NCBI GenBank assembly: GCA_029717555.1 | Contig: JAMDHS010000005.1 | Span: forward strand, 434,001-461,953 | DNA: 27,953 nt | DNA from: Peribolospora baueri | Lineage: Eukaryota | Direction of reading: 5' to 3' | Shown here: in pieces, positions 1 to 9,853 of the stretch | Layout of the letters: each line of letters starts with the position of its first letter | Position numbering within the stretch: position 1 is the first letter of the stretch | Translations under genes and position numbers: made by a program | Notes under the pieces: generated by a model | What the model was told of the DNA's origin: nothing | Database searches by the model: none | The model's input: the letters and a program-made list of their open reading frames with translations, nothing else

Positions 1-40
1 GAAGGAGGTGGAGAGCGCTAGGAGCGGCGCGCGGGCTTGA
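1..40 (+). CDS. Possible 3' end of an upstream gene convergent with OGG1
   Basis: Frame 2 reads KEVESARSGARA*, followed by an AT-rich 3'UTR-like tract; too short to identify. Confidence 0.25.
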   Translation, partial: KEVESARSGARA

Positions 41-267
41 TGGATGAATATTTTTTATTAGTGGGAAACCGCCACTCCTTTCACCTTAGATAGTCAATCA
101 GTCCCCTTGCGTCCGCCGTCCTCCACCACTCTTTAGCAGCAGTATTTAGCAATACAATGTCAACCATCGCAACAAATGTAGAATACGTTGTCTATTCCGC
201 GGAAACAATTGTCCCCAAGCGCGACCTTGTCGAGACGTGCCCGTGCCCCTGGCTCAGGTCGACCGCA

Positions 268-2435
268 TCATTTCACCCGGCCGCCTGACACTGGTCGTCG
301 CCTACGCTTCACTCGATCCACCAAGCTGCCGTCCGGGTGGTGCACATGAACGCGTTCCTCCTCGTCTTCGGCCTTCGCCGGCGCACTTGAACGAAGACCG
401 TCCGTAGCCCCGAGCGGGGGCGGGGCGGCCAAAGTAGCGACTTTAACACGCTTGAAGACACTCTCCGTCGCTGACGAGCCTTTCACTGATCCAGCTCCTG
501 CGGTGGACAAAGAGCGCTTGGTGGCAGAGAAGGAGGCGGAGATCCTCGTCGTTGTCGTCGTCGTTGTCGTCGCCTTTCGTCCGGATGCGTTCGCCTTCAC
601 CGAGCTGTTTCGTGGCCGAGACGTCGTCCGGGCTCGTGAGGCCGTCCGACCAGGACCTTCGGCGCTATCTGCCGCTCGTCTGCCCTGTGGCACAGTCTCC
701 TCCTTCACTTCTGATCGAAGCTCGCTCATCGGGGTGGACGGTCCTCGCAGCTTCTCCTGCTCCTGCTCTTCGAGCTTGACCATTTTCACCACAGCATCCC
801 CCTTCAAAACGTCTGCGGCAGCCGTGGGCGTGGCGGCGGGCGTGGGAAGGGGCGGCTTGGATTCCGAGAATGTGGAGGAGTAGCTCGAGAAGGACTTCAG
901 GTCGGCGGTGAATAGGACCTGCGAGGGTAGGATGGAGGCAGACAAACGAGGCATATGGCACGAAAGAATGGGGGGTGAATGAGTTCCGGTTGGATGCAGA
1001 GCCAAAGAGAAAAGAGGTATACGAGGCGAGGCGAGGCGAGGCAAGCTCGTCAAAAGGTCACCCACGCTGTGCGCCCATCCGGAATATCTTCCCCAAACAC
1101 CTCTCAACTTCTCCGCCACCTCCTCATACCGCCCCCTGACGCCGTACCACCTCTGCGCAAACTGAAAAACGTGTCGGTCCACGGGAATCGACTCGGGCTG
1201 GTCGAGGGAGAAGAGGAGGATGCAATCCGCTACCTTCGGGCCTACGCCAGGGAATGCCTGGAGGGCTGCGCGGGCGGCAGGGTAGGGGAGGGTGCGGAGA
1301 GAGGAGAGATAGGCGTAAACCCTTTGGTCTGGGCCCAAGCCTTCCGACGAAGACGCTTTGCCTTTGCCGTGGCTCAAGGCCTCTTCTTTCTCATCACCGC
1401 CCCCCGCTTGGCCCATCTCAACGAGTATCCTGGCCGTCTGCGCGATGTATTTTGCTCTGTATCCGAAACCCAACTCTCGGAGCTTGGCTTCCACTTCGGG
1501 CTGAGCTAATGCTGACGGGGAGGGGAAGGGGTGATAAGTGTAGGACGTTGTCGTAGACGACGGATCGGCTGTGGGGACGACGAGAAGAGGCCGTGCTGGA
1601 GGAAAGGTCGCGAGGAGCAGACGTGTAGCGTCAGCAGAAACTCGTCCGTTTGGAAGGAGTGAGAGACAAGACAAAAACATGGCAACTGACAGAAGTGCGT
1701 GCACAGGTTTTGGACCATGCCAGTTATCCGAGCGATGTTGTTGTTCGAGCTGCAGATGAAGCTGAAGGCGTGGGGAGCGCGGAAGGAATCATCCATCGAA
1801 TGTCACCCGAGACGGGATGTGGAGGACGATGACTGGCTCAAAGGGCAGACTCACGCCATCAAGCACTCGAAAGGATCCTGTCGGAGCATGCGAACGCCCC
1901 TAAACCTGACGGCGTGCTTGGCGAAGACGGGATCGACGGCGGACCACTCGTCATAAAGGTCCGCAAGTTTGACCTCGAGCTGGAAATAGTCCTTGAGGAA
2001 CTCCAGCGTTGAGCCGTCCTCTTCCTTCGCCTGCCCCTTGGCCGTCGATGTCGCTGAGGTCAAGGCTGAAACCGATGGAGTGGAAGGCGAGGGCATGACA
2101 GCCCTGTAGTGGATGGCCTCTGCGTCCTGCCGGAGGAAGACGACCCTATCGCGAATCGCCATGGACCACTCGAGCTGGGTATCGTCCAGGGCGGCCAAAT
2201 CTGCCAGAGCAGTGGCGCGTTTGGAAGCGGCTGAGGGACTGGCGCTGGCATCCTCTTTGAAGGGGGTGGGCGTAGAGGGCACGGTGCTTGGCGGCGAGAG
2301 GGGTAGGGTATCGTGAATGGGGCGACAGGTCCATCGAAAGGCCTGGCCGCACCGACTGGCTATGGTGGTCGAGAGGGTGAGCTCGGAGGGCGAGATGGGG
2401 ATAGAGCGGAAGCCAGGGGGTGTCCGTGGGGGCAT
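268..2435 (-). CDS. OGG1: 8-oxoguanine DNA glycosylase/AP lyase (HhH-GPD family) with a long low-complexity basic C-terminal tail
   Basis: Four exons by manual splicing: 2435-1855, 1761-1691, 1595-1066, 918-268, all introns GT-AG. Motifs: [56 protein letters not shown], Hh[12 protein letters not shown] (catalytic Lys), IPVDRHV (catalytic Asp), [10 protein letters not shown]. The tail ends in VKRRRR. Confidence 0.95.
1022..1041. repeat. (CGAGG)4 short tandem repeat inside OGG1 intron 3
   Basis: cgaggcgaggcgaggcgagg read directly. Confidence 0.85.
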
Positions 2436-2955
2436 CGCGGTTTTCGGATGATGGTGATGAGGAACGAGCAGAAGTTCCTTCCTTCGCCCGTGCCGTTTTG
2501 CGGGTGGCTCGACGATCGTCTTGACGTCGTGCGTAAATGGAGCCTTTTCCGAAATGCAGGAACGGGAGAATCGGTTCGTCACTGTTGTTGTCTTGCGACT
2601 TTTTCACCGCCGCCGTCGTCGTCGTCGGTCATCGGCAACCAATGCAGCGTAGAAGAGCATGGCGAGGTGGAGACTCATATTCGAGCAGCGTTGCTTGCAG
2701 CCAGATTCACCTCGGACGATAATCTCGCATGGTTCTTTCATTCTCTCCAGCTGCGAGTCGCTCAAGATCCTCAACCATTCATTCACCTTGCCTCCAACTT
2801 GACATCTCCTTTCCTCCCTTCTCAGACTAGCTGACCTTCTCTTCCAAGCCCCTCTACCCTCTTTCACTTTCCAATACTCTCCTTCATCGCACTCGGCGAA
2901 GAAGACCCACTGTGAAGAGGCAGCAAAGTCCGGATGCCGGGCAGTCACCCCAACG

Positions 2956-3310
2956 ATGCCACCTTGTCTGACAAATCGCCAAAAGAACAAGGCCGCGGCG
3001 GAGGAGGGCAAGTTTGACTCGAAGAGGCGGGGGCTGCCGCTCAGCAGAAGAATGCGAGCGCTGCGGGGTGAGTGAGAGGTTGGCCGACGGCACCTCGTCG
3101 CTCCAAGACTCAATACGTCGCACCGCTTCTCCGTCTGCCCAATTTCACTCCTTCCTTCCACAGATGGTCCGACGCCGAGCGTGCTGCCATTCTCACCAGC
3201 GTGATGGCGCACGCACGCGGGTCAAGGCGTGAACTGGGACGGGAGGTGACAGACAAAGTCAACGCCGTCGGCGGACGCGGTCAAGACGAACTGGATTCAG
3301 AGTGCTGAGG
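2956..3310 (+). pseudogene. Possible degenerate small Myb/SANT-like gene, divergent from OGG1
   Basis: ATG at 2956 and a clean GTGAGT...CCACAG intron (3068-3163). After the intron the sequence reads WSDAERAAILTSVMAH, then VNWD and VKTNW in a shifted frame, with EVTDKVNAVGGR in the main frame. Joining these needs several frameshifts. Confidence 0.3.
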
Positions 3311-3896
3311 ATGTTCGACCCACGCGGGCGAGCAATGAATGATTCGCCGACGGGAAGCCGACAGTGCCCTTTTGACTTGCTCCAACGAGCCCTTCCTGGA
3401 TTCCTTTTCAGCGGATCGTTCCCGCCCTGCTTGCCCCCCCTTTTTGTTTTGCTGCTGAAAGAGATCGTCGATCCTATCCTAGGATCGCGAGCTGGATGGA
3501 TCTCGTGGCTGTCCTTGTTTCAGCGTGGCAACGCGCCGGTGCTCTCTCAAAGTCTCTGATAAACCAATACCCAATAGGACAAGCTCAAACTGGAACGATG
3601 CCGAATACACGAGCCGGAACGAGATGGACATAATTGTACACTGTATAGGGCGTGGCCAGGGTGTAGCGAGTTCCGCGGAGGGTCGGAGAACGAGCTCCCA
3701 GCACACGCAATATGATTTGAGCGGGGAAGAGAGTAAAAGAGAGACAAAGAAAGGGAGGAGAACAACAAGGGCGACGGAACAGTAGATGTGAGCCTTGCCC
3801 TTGTTGAAGTCTTGACCCCATTACCGTACTATTGTACGTCTGGTCGATTGTGGGCCATCCGAAACCTGGCTGCAGCGGTTCTCAGTCGGCATGTGG

Positions 3897-5580
3897 TCAA
3901 ACTCCGTAAGGATAGGCGAAAGCGCCATAAGGCCGTCTGCTGGGCAAGGTGCCTCCATATGTCTCCATATAGATGTCGTATTCGGACTTGGTCCTGTTCG
4001 CGCGCTCCTGTTCTAGCTGGCGAGGAAGGAGGAAGAAGACGCCGAGGAAGTAGACCAGGACGAGAACGGCGAGCCAGGCATAGAGGAGGTCGAACGCCCA
4101 GTCTGGATTTGGGAAACGAGGAAGTAGTCGGCGAGTCGGAAAGGTAAGCGGCTTGATGGACGGGACGTCCTCGAAGGTACTTTCATACGTCAACGAGTGG
4201 CTGGCTCGTCAACCTCTCCATCCTTCCACTCACTCTCAACTTCCTTCCCTGTCAATTCCCAAAGGGTCAGGCCCGTCTTGACCTGTGAAGCGGTAAGTCC
4301 GAACAGCGCCGCGCCAAGGGCGATATGGAGCCAGTTGCGCAAGGGACGTCTGGTGCGGTTCTTGTCGAACAGCTTATGGTTGACGACCCCAAGGATAACT
4401 TGGAAGACGAGGAGAATAACGGCTACCAGGCCTGTGGTCTGGACGTCCGGTGGTAAGCGTCGATGTAGACGTCCGGAAACAGGTCAGTGGAGGACTTTTT
4501 CTCAATGCCAGCAAATCTGAGACGCGCGTGGAGGGAGGACTCACCCCGTGTTGACTTTTGAAATGACTTCTACCAGTGGTTTGCACAGCCCAAATGGCCA
4601 TGACGAGACCGACGGCCGTGAGCAAGAGCACGACGACGCCTTGGAGCGCCCGATGGCTCTTGAACCAAAAGTTTGTGCCGCGGCCGAAGCGGGCTATGTA
4701 GATTCCTAGGGGTGCTACCACTAGCCAGGCGATGACCATGACTACGAGGAGAAGAGGAACAAAGGGACGGTGGTAAGCAGGGAACGGATGTGCCATCGAT
4801 AGGCCTTTGCGTCTACATCCTCACCTGCCAAGTGAGCAGCGATGATGGTGTTGTAGTCAGCTTGCGGACGCGATGTGGAGGCGGCCGCCGGATTTGGCAC
4901 GACAAAAGACGAACCCAAAGGTTTCGTCAAATCGAAAGAAAACGTTCCGTAGCCTTGAGGCCCGTGCTGTTGGATGGTCGAGCTAGTGTCGCTGGATAGG
5001 TCCTGTGACGGGCCTTTGCCCCAGATCATTTTCCATTTGCTTCCCGGTGAGCTCGACTGGGGGATGTTCCAAGAGATGGTTGTCGCGCTGGAGTTGGTCG
5101 CACTCGCATCAGTAAGCAGTGTCGCCACGTTGGTGGAGGCAAGGTTTGCGACTGGCCGTGGTTCAACGTGATGTGTCGCGGAGCGCTGGGAGAGGACGAA
5201 GGACCCATCCGAGGTGGCCCATGCCACCACCATGGCGGCGTTGCTCATCAAAGTGCCCGTACCCATGCCGTACCATCCTGCGCCAGCGCCGCCGTTCGAC
5301 GCGGCGAGGACAGTGTAGGTGATGGAAGAGGTGGTGGTGTTGTACACCGCTGTCGCGCAAAAGGCCTGTGGAGGGCATGGTGAGGCGCCGCACCCAGGGA
5401 CGCGTCGGCAGACTCTGTCAGCTCTTCTACGAGATTCCTGTCGTCCGCCGACGAGCATAGTTTGAGAAGCGGAGCACTCACCGGGCCGCACCAGCTGTCC
5501 CCAAAGACGGTTTGCGCCTGCGCAGCCGCACTTAGGGTGGTTGTGAGAGGGACAAGAAAGCGGAGAAGTCGCATCCTCAT
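3897..5580 (-). CDS. Signal peptide + DOMON (CDH cytochrome-like) + cytochrome b561 membrane protein (CYBDOM/FRRS1-like)
   Basis: Exons 5580(or 5574)-5482, 5365-4825, 4741-4545, 4438-4234, 4102-3897. Hydrophobic leader (MRLLRFLVPLTTTLSAAAQA). DOMON motifs GWYGMGTGTLMSNAAMVVAW and MIWG...QQHG supply candidate Met/His heme ligands. Four b561 histidines: IAAHLA, WFKSHRALQ, SQHG, NWLHIALG. A final TM helix follows. Confidence 0.88.
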
Positions 5581-5692
5581 TTTGCGGGGAGGGAGAACAC
5601 AAGTGATTGGCAGAAAGCGAGGGCAGGAGGGCCAGAAGGCGTATTTAGGGTAGATGGGATGGAAAGACGGAGAGATGGAAGGCTGAAAGGAA

Positions 5693-5716
5693 GAAAGGAT
5701 GAAAGGATGAAAGGAT
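5693..5716. repeat. (GAAAGGAT)3 tandem repeat upstream of the DOMON/b561 start codon
   Basis: gaaaggat gaaaggat gaaaggat read directly. Confidence 0.8.
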
Positions 5717-7047
5717 GAATCTCACTCGGTGCGACGCTGCTCGTTGTCAAGCGCATGGCACGCCTTTTCCAGCCGACCCACGGACAGCTCACTCCGCAGC
5801 CCGCAGAATTGAATTGCCTGGATGCGCAAGGCAGGATACAGCCACGGAGCTGGCCATACGCCGATGGGGAGATAGCATGACTCTGACGTTTCCAAACTCT
5901 TATCCCTGTCCCTTTGTCTCGTTGCGATCGACGACGCATGGACCAAGAGGAGTGGGAAATCAAATTCAGCGGCGGTGCGCAAACCTCCTGCGCAAGAGTA
6001 AATGTCAGTGAGCTCAAGCCTACTGGGGTCCACCTCGTTCTGCTCGAGTATTAAGCCGAGTGTGGGGATAAGCGCAGCGCTCCGTCTGACTGCGCGTCGT
6101 GCATGGCAACTCTGTCCCTCTCCTCGGTGAACTGCGGAATATTTGGCCGCAATCAATGAATGCTCCGTAAATGAACCGCACCAAGAGCAGGCGTGCTGCG
6201 AGTGCGAGTTAGTTGGACGACGGCGACATCGGGCAAAGGAGTCTATTTGATTGACGTCTAGGACACGAAGGCCAAAGCGGCGTCGTACACAGGTCGACAT
6301 TAGGACCGACGGTTTGGTCAAGGTCTTGAGCGCCGGGACGCGACGAGACAGCCTACCTTCTACCCTGGCCCGCCGATACGCCTCGATGGCCGCGTGGCTG
6401 TTCGCTCGTGGGCTCGACATACTCGTGGCTCATTACCTGAATTCCAAATTGTGCGTTTCGCCCTCTGGAATCTCTGTAAACGACCATCGCGAGCACGGAG
6501 ATGCTCCAGCCGCGGCGGCGGCGGATGCGCCGCCACTTCTGAAAATAAATGTCCGTCTCGACCGACAACGCCGCCGACCCCAGACGGAGCGGGCGTGTCG
6601 GCAGCGTATCCCTGTGTCGAACTCACGCGGATTGTTCGAATGGGGCAGACAGGGTAATGAAATGCATCAAGCGGCCGTGGTCACACAGAGGAACGCGTCC
6701 AGTCCCGCGTTCCCGACCGTGGCCGTCAGCCAGGATATGCCTACGTCTCGCTGCACCCTAACTCACCGGCCCGTCTGATGTCCGCCGCCTGATGTCCGTG
6801 AAGCGGCTCCTACCGCCGTCTCTCTTCATGGTTTCTGACTCTCAGGTGCCGCCGCGCGGGAAGGAGTGAGTCAAGTCGGTACTCGGGGGGATGCACCCCG
6901 TCCTCTATGGACGTTTGCATATGGTGGCCTCCGAGCTTTACAAGCTGTGTGTTAACAGGGCCCATGTCTGAGCATCGCCCGTCGGAAGTTCGTGGAGACC
7001 GAAGGGAGGGAAAAATGAGGAATGACCTGCATCTCATCGCTGCTATC

Positions 7048-8787
7048 TCACAGCTGCATCTGACGCTGTAGTCGATAGACATCAGCAACCAAGTACAGAC
7101 TCCCGCACAGGACCAATAGACCGTCCTCCTCGACTCTGTCAGGCTCCTCAGCCGCCTTGTACGTCGTAGAGTCTACGCCGCCGTCGTCCATTTGGGAGCG
7201 CGAGAACGAGGGCGGTGAAACTGCCCAGGACAACGCCTCCTCGAGAGTATCGAAAGCGGCCAGGTCGTCTCCCAGTCCGTCCTCCCGCGATGAAGGAGAG
7301 GGAGCAGATGACGACGACGACGGCAGAGAAAGAACTTCTCTAGCGGCGGCGAGGACGTCCATCGGCGGAACTGGTTTGACCCAGGGCATGCCTTCGATAG
7401 GCGTTGTGAACGGCACGGCAGCTAGACGGACTCTCGACGCTCCTCCGGGAAGCCTTCGCGGCGTCCTCTTGGCCGTCGTGCCTTCCTCCTCCCCTTCCAC
7501 CTTATTCCCCTCCTTAACCAGTCCAGCCTGAGACGAAGAGGACCCGAGCAACAACAATTCCAACATCTCCCGCACGTCCTTCCCAGCTGAGAAACCGACG
7601 ATCCACGTCAGCCGTCGATGAGGATCAAGGCTCTTTCTCCCAGTCTTCCCGTGCAGGGAAGAAAGGAGAAAACCTTCGACGTATGACCGGAGTGCCGTTG
7701 CGGCCGCGGGATTGTGCGCTCCGTCAACGAGGAGGGAAAGGCGTCTTCGATCTCGCGGAGAAGGAGATTGGGATACGGACAGGGGGAGAGGGAGCTCGAC
7801 CCAGTCTAGTCGACCCTCCCAGCGCGTGTGCTCGATGCCTTTAACAATCTCCTCATCTGACACTTCGGACAGGCGGCTCCGGATTCGTATTAGATGGGCA
7901 GGGTCATAGGCCGTGGGGTGTGGAGTCGGAGGCGACGGGGTGGCACTATGGGGGGAAGCGAATGGTTGTCGAAGTAAGGAGACGGTGCAAGCGGCCAGCG
8001 ACGCGTTCAGCGCTTGGTAGTCGCCATGAAGAGGTAGTGTTGCTTCCGCCGCCGCGTTCAACGGTGGTGTTTCTGCTGGCGGTGTTGACGGCGATGGTTT
8101 GGGCAGAACCAGTTCGACTCGCCCCCTTTCGCCTGGCAATCGTTGCGCCGGCCTCGCCACGACCAGATTTGCTTGCTTGGCGACGGCCACAGCTCGTATG
8201 GCCTCCTCCGCTTCCAAGTCACTTTGTTGCGCAACAACGCAAAGCCCGCTCTGCTTGATGATTCCGGCCTTCTCCTTGGCGATGGAGACCAGGTCACTGC
8301 CAAGGAAAGTCTGATGGTCGAGCGATATGCTGGTGATGACGCTCGCGAGCACGAGTGACGCGGGGAAGATGTTCGTCGCATCTCGCAGCCCCCCCATGCC
8401 TACCTCTATCACGAGCACATCTGGTGCACTCGAGGCGAGGGAAAAGCAGACGAGCGCGGTGGCCGTGAGCAGCTCGAAAGGGCTCGCCTGCAATTGCTGG
8501 CTGGCGTTCATCGCTTCCACCCTCCGCTTCGCTTCTCGAAACAGAGCATGCCCGACCACCTCTCCGTCCGTGCGAATCGAGTCGCGCGGCTCGACAAGAT
8601 GGGGACTGTTGAACCTGCCGGTGCGAAAGCGGGAGGAGAGGAGGATGGAGTCGAGGTAGGCGCACACCGAGCCCTTGCCGTTCGTACCGGCTACATGGAT
8701 CACGGGGAAGCGATGGTGAGGCGAGCCGAGGAGGTGGAGGAGACGCAGTATGCGCTCTGTTCCAAGGCTGATCTTGTCTGCCGACAT
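7048..8787 (-). CDS. FOL3: Dihydrofolate synthase / folylpolyglutamate synthase (folC family), most like FOL3 DHFS; intronless
   Basis: Single ORF with HVAGTNGKGS (P-loop), FNSPHL, EVGMGGLRDATN, ISLDH, EKAGII, WEGRL, LVDGAHN and CGSLYLVADV. Likely start ATG 8787 (MSADKISLGTERI), with an alternative in-frame ATG at 8802. The family call is secure; DHFS versus FPGS is inferred from the ISLGTERI-type N-terminus. Confidence 0.88.
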   Translation of the reverse strand: MSADKISLGTERILRLLHLLGSPHHRFPVIHVAGTNGKGSVCAYLDSILLSSRFRTGRFNSPHLVEPRDSIRTDGEVVGHALFREAKRRVEAMNASQQLQASPFELLTATALVCFSLASSAPDVLVIEVGMGGLRDATNIFPASLVLASVITSISLDHQTFLGSDLVSIAKEKAGIIKQSGLCVVAQQSDLEAEEAIRAVAVAKQANLVVARPAQRLPGERGRVELVLPKPSPSTPPAETPPLNAAAEATLPLHGDYQALNASLAACTVSLLRQPFASPHSATPSPPTPHPTAYDPAHLIRIRSRLSEVSDEEIVKGIEHTRWEGRLDWVELPLPLSVSQSPSPRDRRRLSLLVDGAHNPAAATALRSYVEGFLLSSLHGKTGRKSLDPHRRLTWIVGFSAGKDVREMLELLLLGSSSSQAGLVKEGNKVEGEEEGTTAKRTPRRLPGGASRVRLAAVPFTTPIEGMPWVKPVPPMDVLAAAREVLSLPSSSSSAPSPSSREDGLGDDLAAFDTLEEALSWAVSPPSFSRSQMDDGGVDSTTYKAAEEPDRVEEDGLLVLCGSLYLVADVYRLQRQMQL

Positions 8788-9032
8788 CCGTCGGAGGACC
8801 ATGGGCGGGCGATCAGCGAGGTCGCCGTCACCGTCTCCACCAGCGTATCGAAGTATGCGTCTGCGTACCTTATGACTTTGCTCCGATTTAAGAATTGGCC
8901 CCTCGCCCAAAGTGATCGGCGCACGCGCTATCGGCTGTAGGCGGTGTTAATGTCCCCAGCAGGTCGAGACGACGTTCGACTTGCCTTCCTTCCATCTCCC
9001 ATCTCGGCCGCCATTCGGGATTTTTGGACGTC

Positions 9033-9635
9033 ATGGCGGACCGTCAGCAGTCCAGGATCTTGTTCGTAAAGAACCTCAACTACAACATCACCGGAGACGA
9101 CTTGTACGAGTTGTTTGGCCGGTGAGTGATCGTGATGGGCGTGGCGTTTGGGAGTGGCAAAGAGGAATACGGCGTCATTTGAGGCAGATCGATTGATTCA
9201 CTGCTTCGTCGCCCTCCGCCCCATCCTCCTTTTCTGCATGCTCTTCGATCTCTTCCGTTGGCAGCTACGGCGCCATCCGACAGATTCGCCTAGGGAATGG
9301 CCCAAAGACAAAAGGCACCGCCTTTGTCGTCTTCGAAGAGGTCCAGGACGCTAAGAACGCGTTGAGCCACTTGAACGGATTCCACTTGCAGGAGAGGTAC
9401 ATTGTCGGTGAGTGGACCTGACATCTCTCTTGTCGTACAGCTACTCGTTTGACTACTGGGCTGCTGTAGGACGAGAGATTTTTCAGCAGGTGGGTGAGCC
9501 CGAGCGCTGACGCCATCGTTCTTCCCTTATCCTTCAGTGCTCTACCACATGCCATCGAAAATGTCCGCAAAGGCGGATCTGGAGCGACGCGAGGCCGAGC
9601 TGGAACGGCGCAAGCAAGAGCTCAATGTCCAGTGA
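9033..9635 (+). CDS. SF3B6: U2 snRNP branch-site protein SF3b14/p14 (RRM)
   Basis: Exons 9033-9121, 9265-9407, 9538-9635 give [109 protein letters not shown]. This protein is not represented in the ORF track. Confidence 0.95.
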
Positions 9636-9853
9636 TGCGGAACGGCTTCGGTGCTCATCCGTGTTCTAGGGTCTGTGTCTTCGGGAGTGTCGCAAGTCCG
9701 TTGTGTTCCCTGTATTTTAGCTGCTCGCCCTAAATTCATCCGCCTTTTTGTCCTCTACAACCGTATCGCACGGATCCTCGCGCTTTGCATCGACCAGAGA
9801 CATATAAGGTCTTTGACAGATGTGCATGCGGCCCTCACGCCGGTTCACGTAGC

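Noticed and set aside
5722..6778. 232-aa (-) and 175-aa (+) ORFs in the intergenic gap
   Set aside because: No recognisable motifs; Arg/Ser/Ala-rich composition typical of spurious high-GC ORFs.
8788..8910. ORF-track start of FOL3 at 8910
   Set aside because: It is a TTG codon, and family similarity begins only after ATG 8787.
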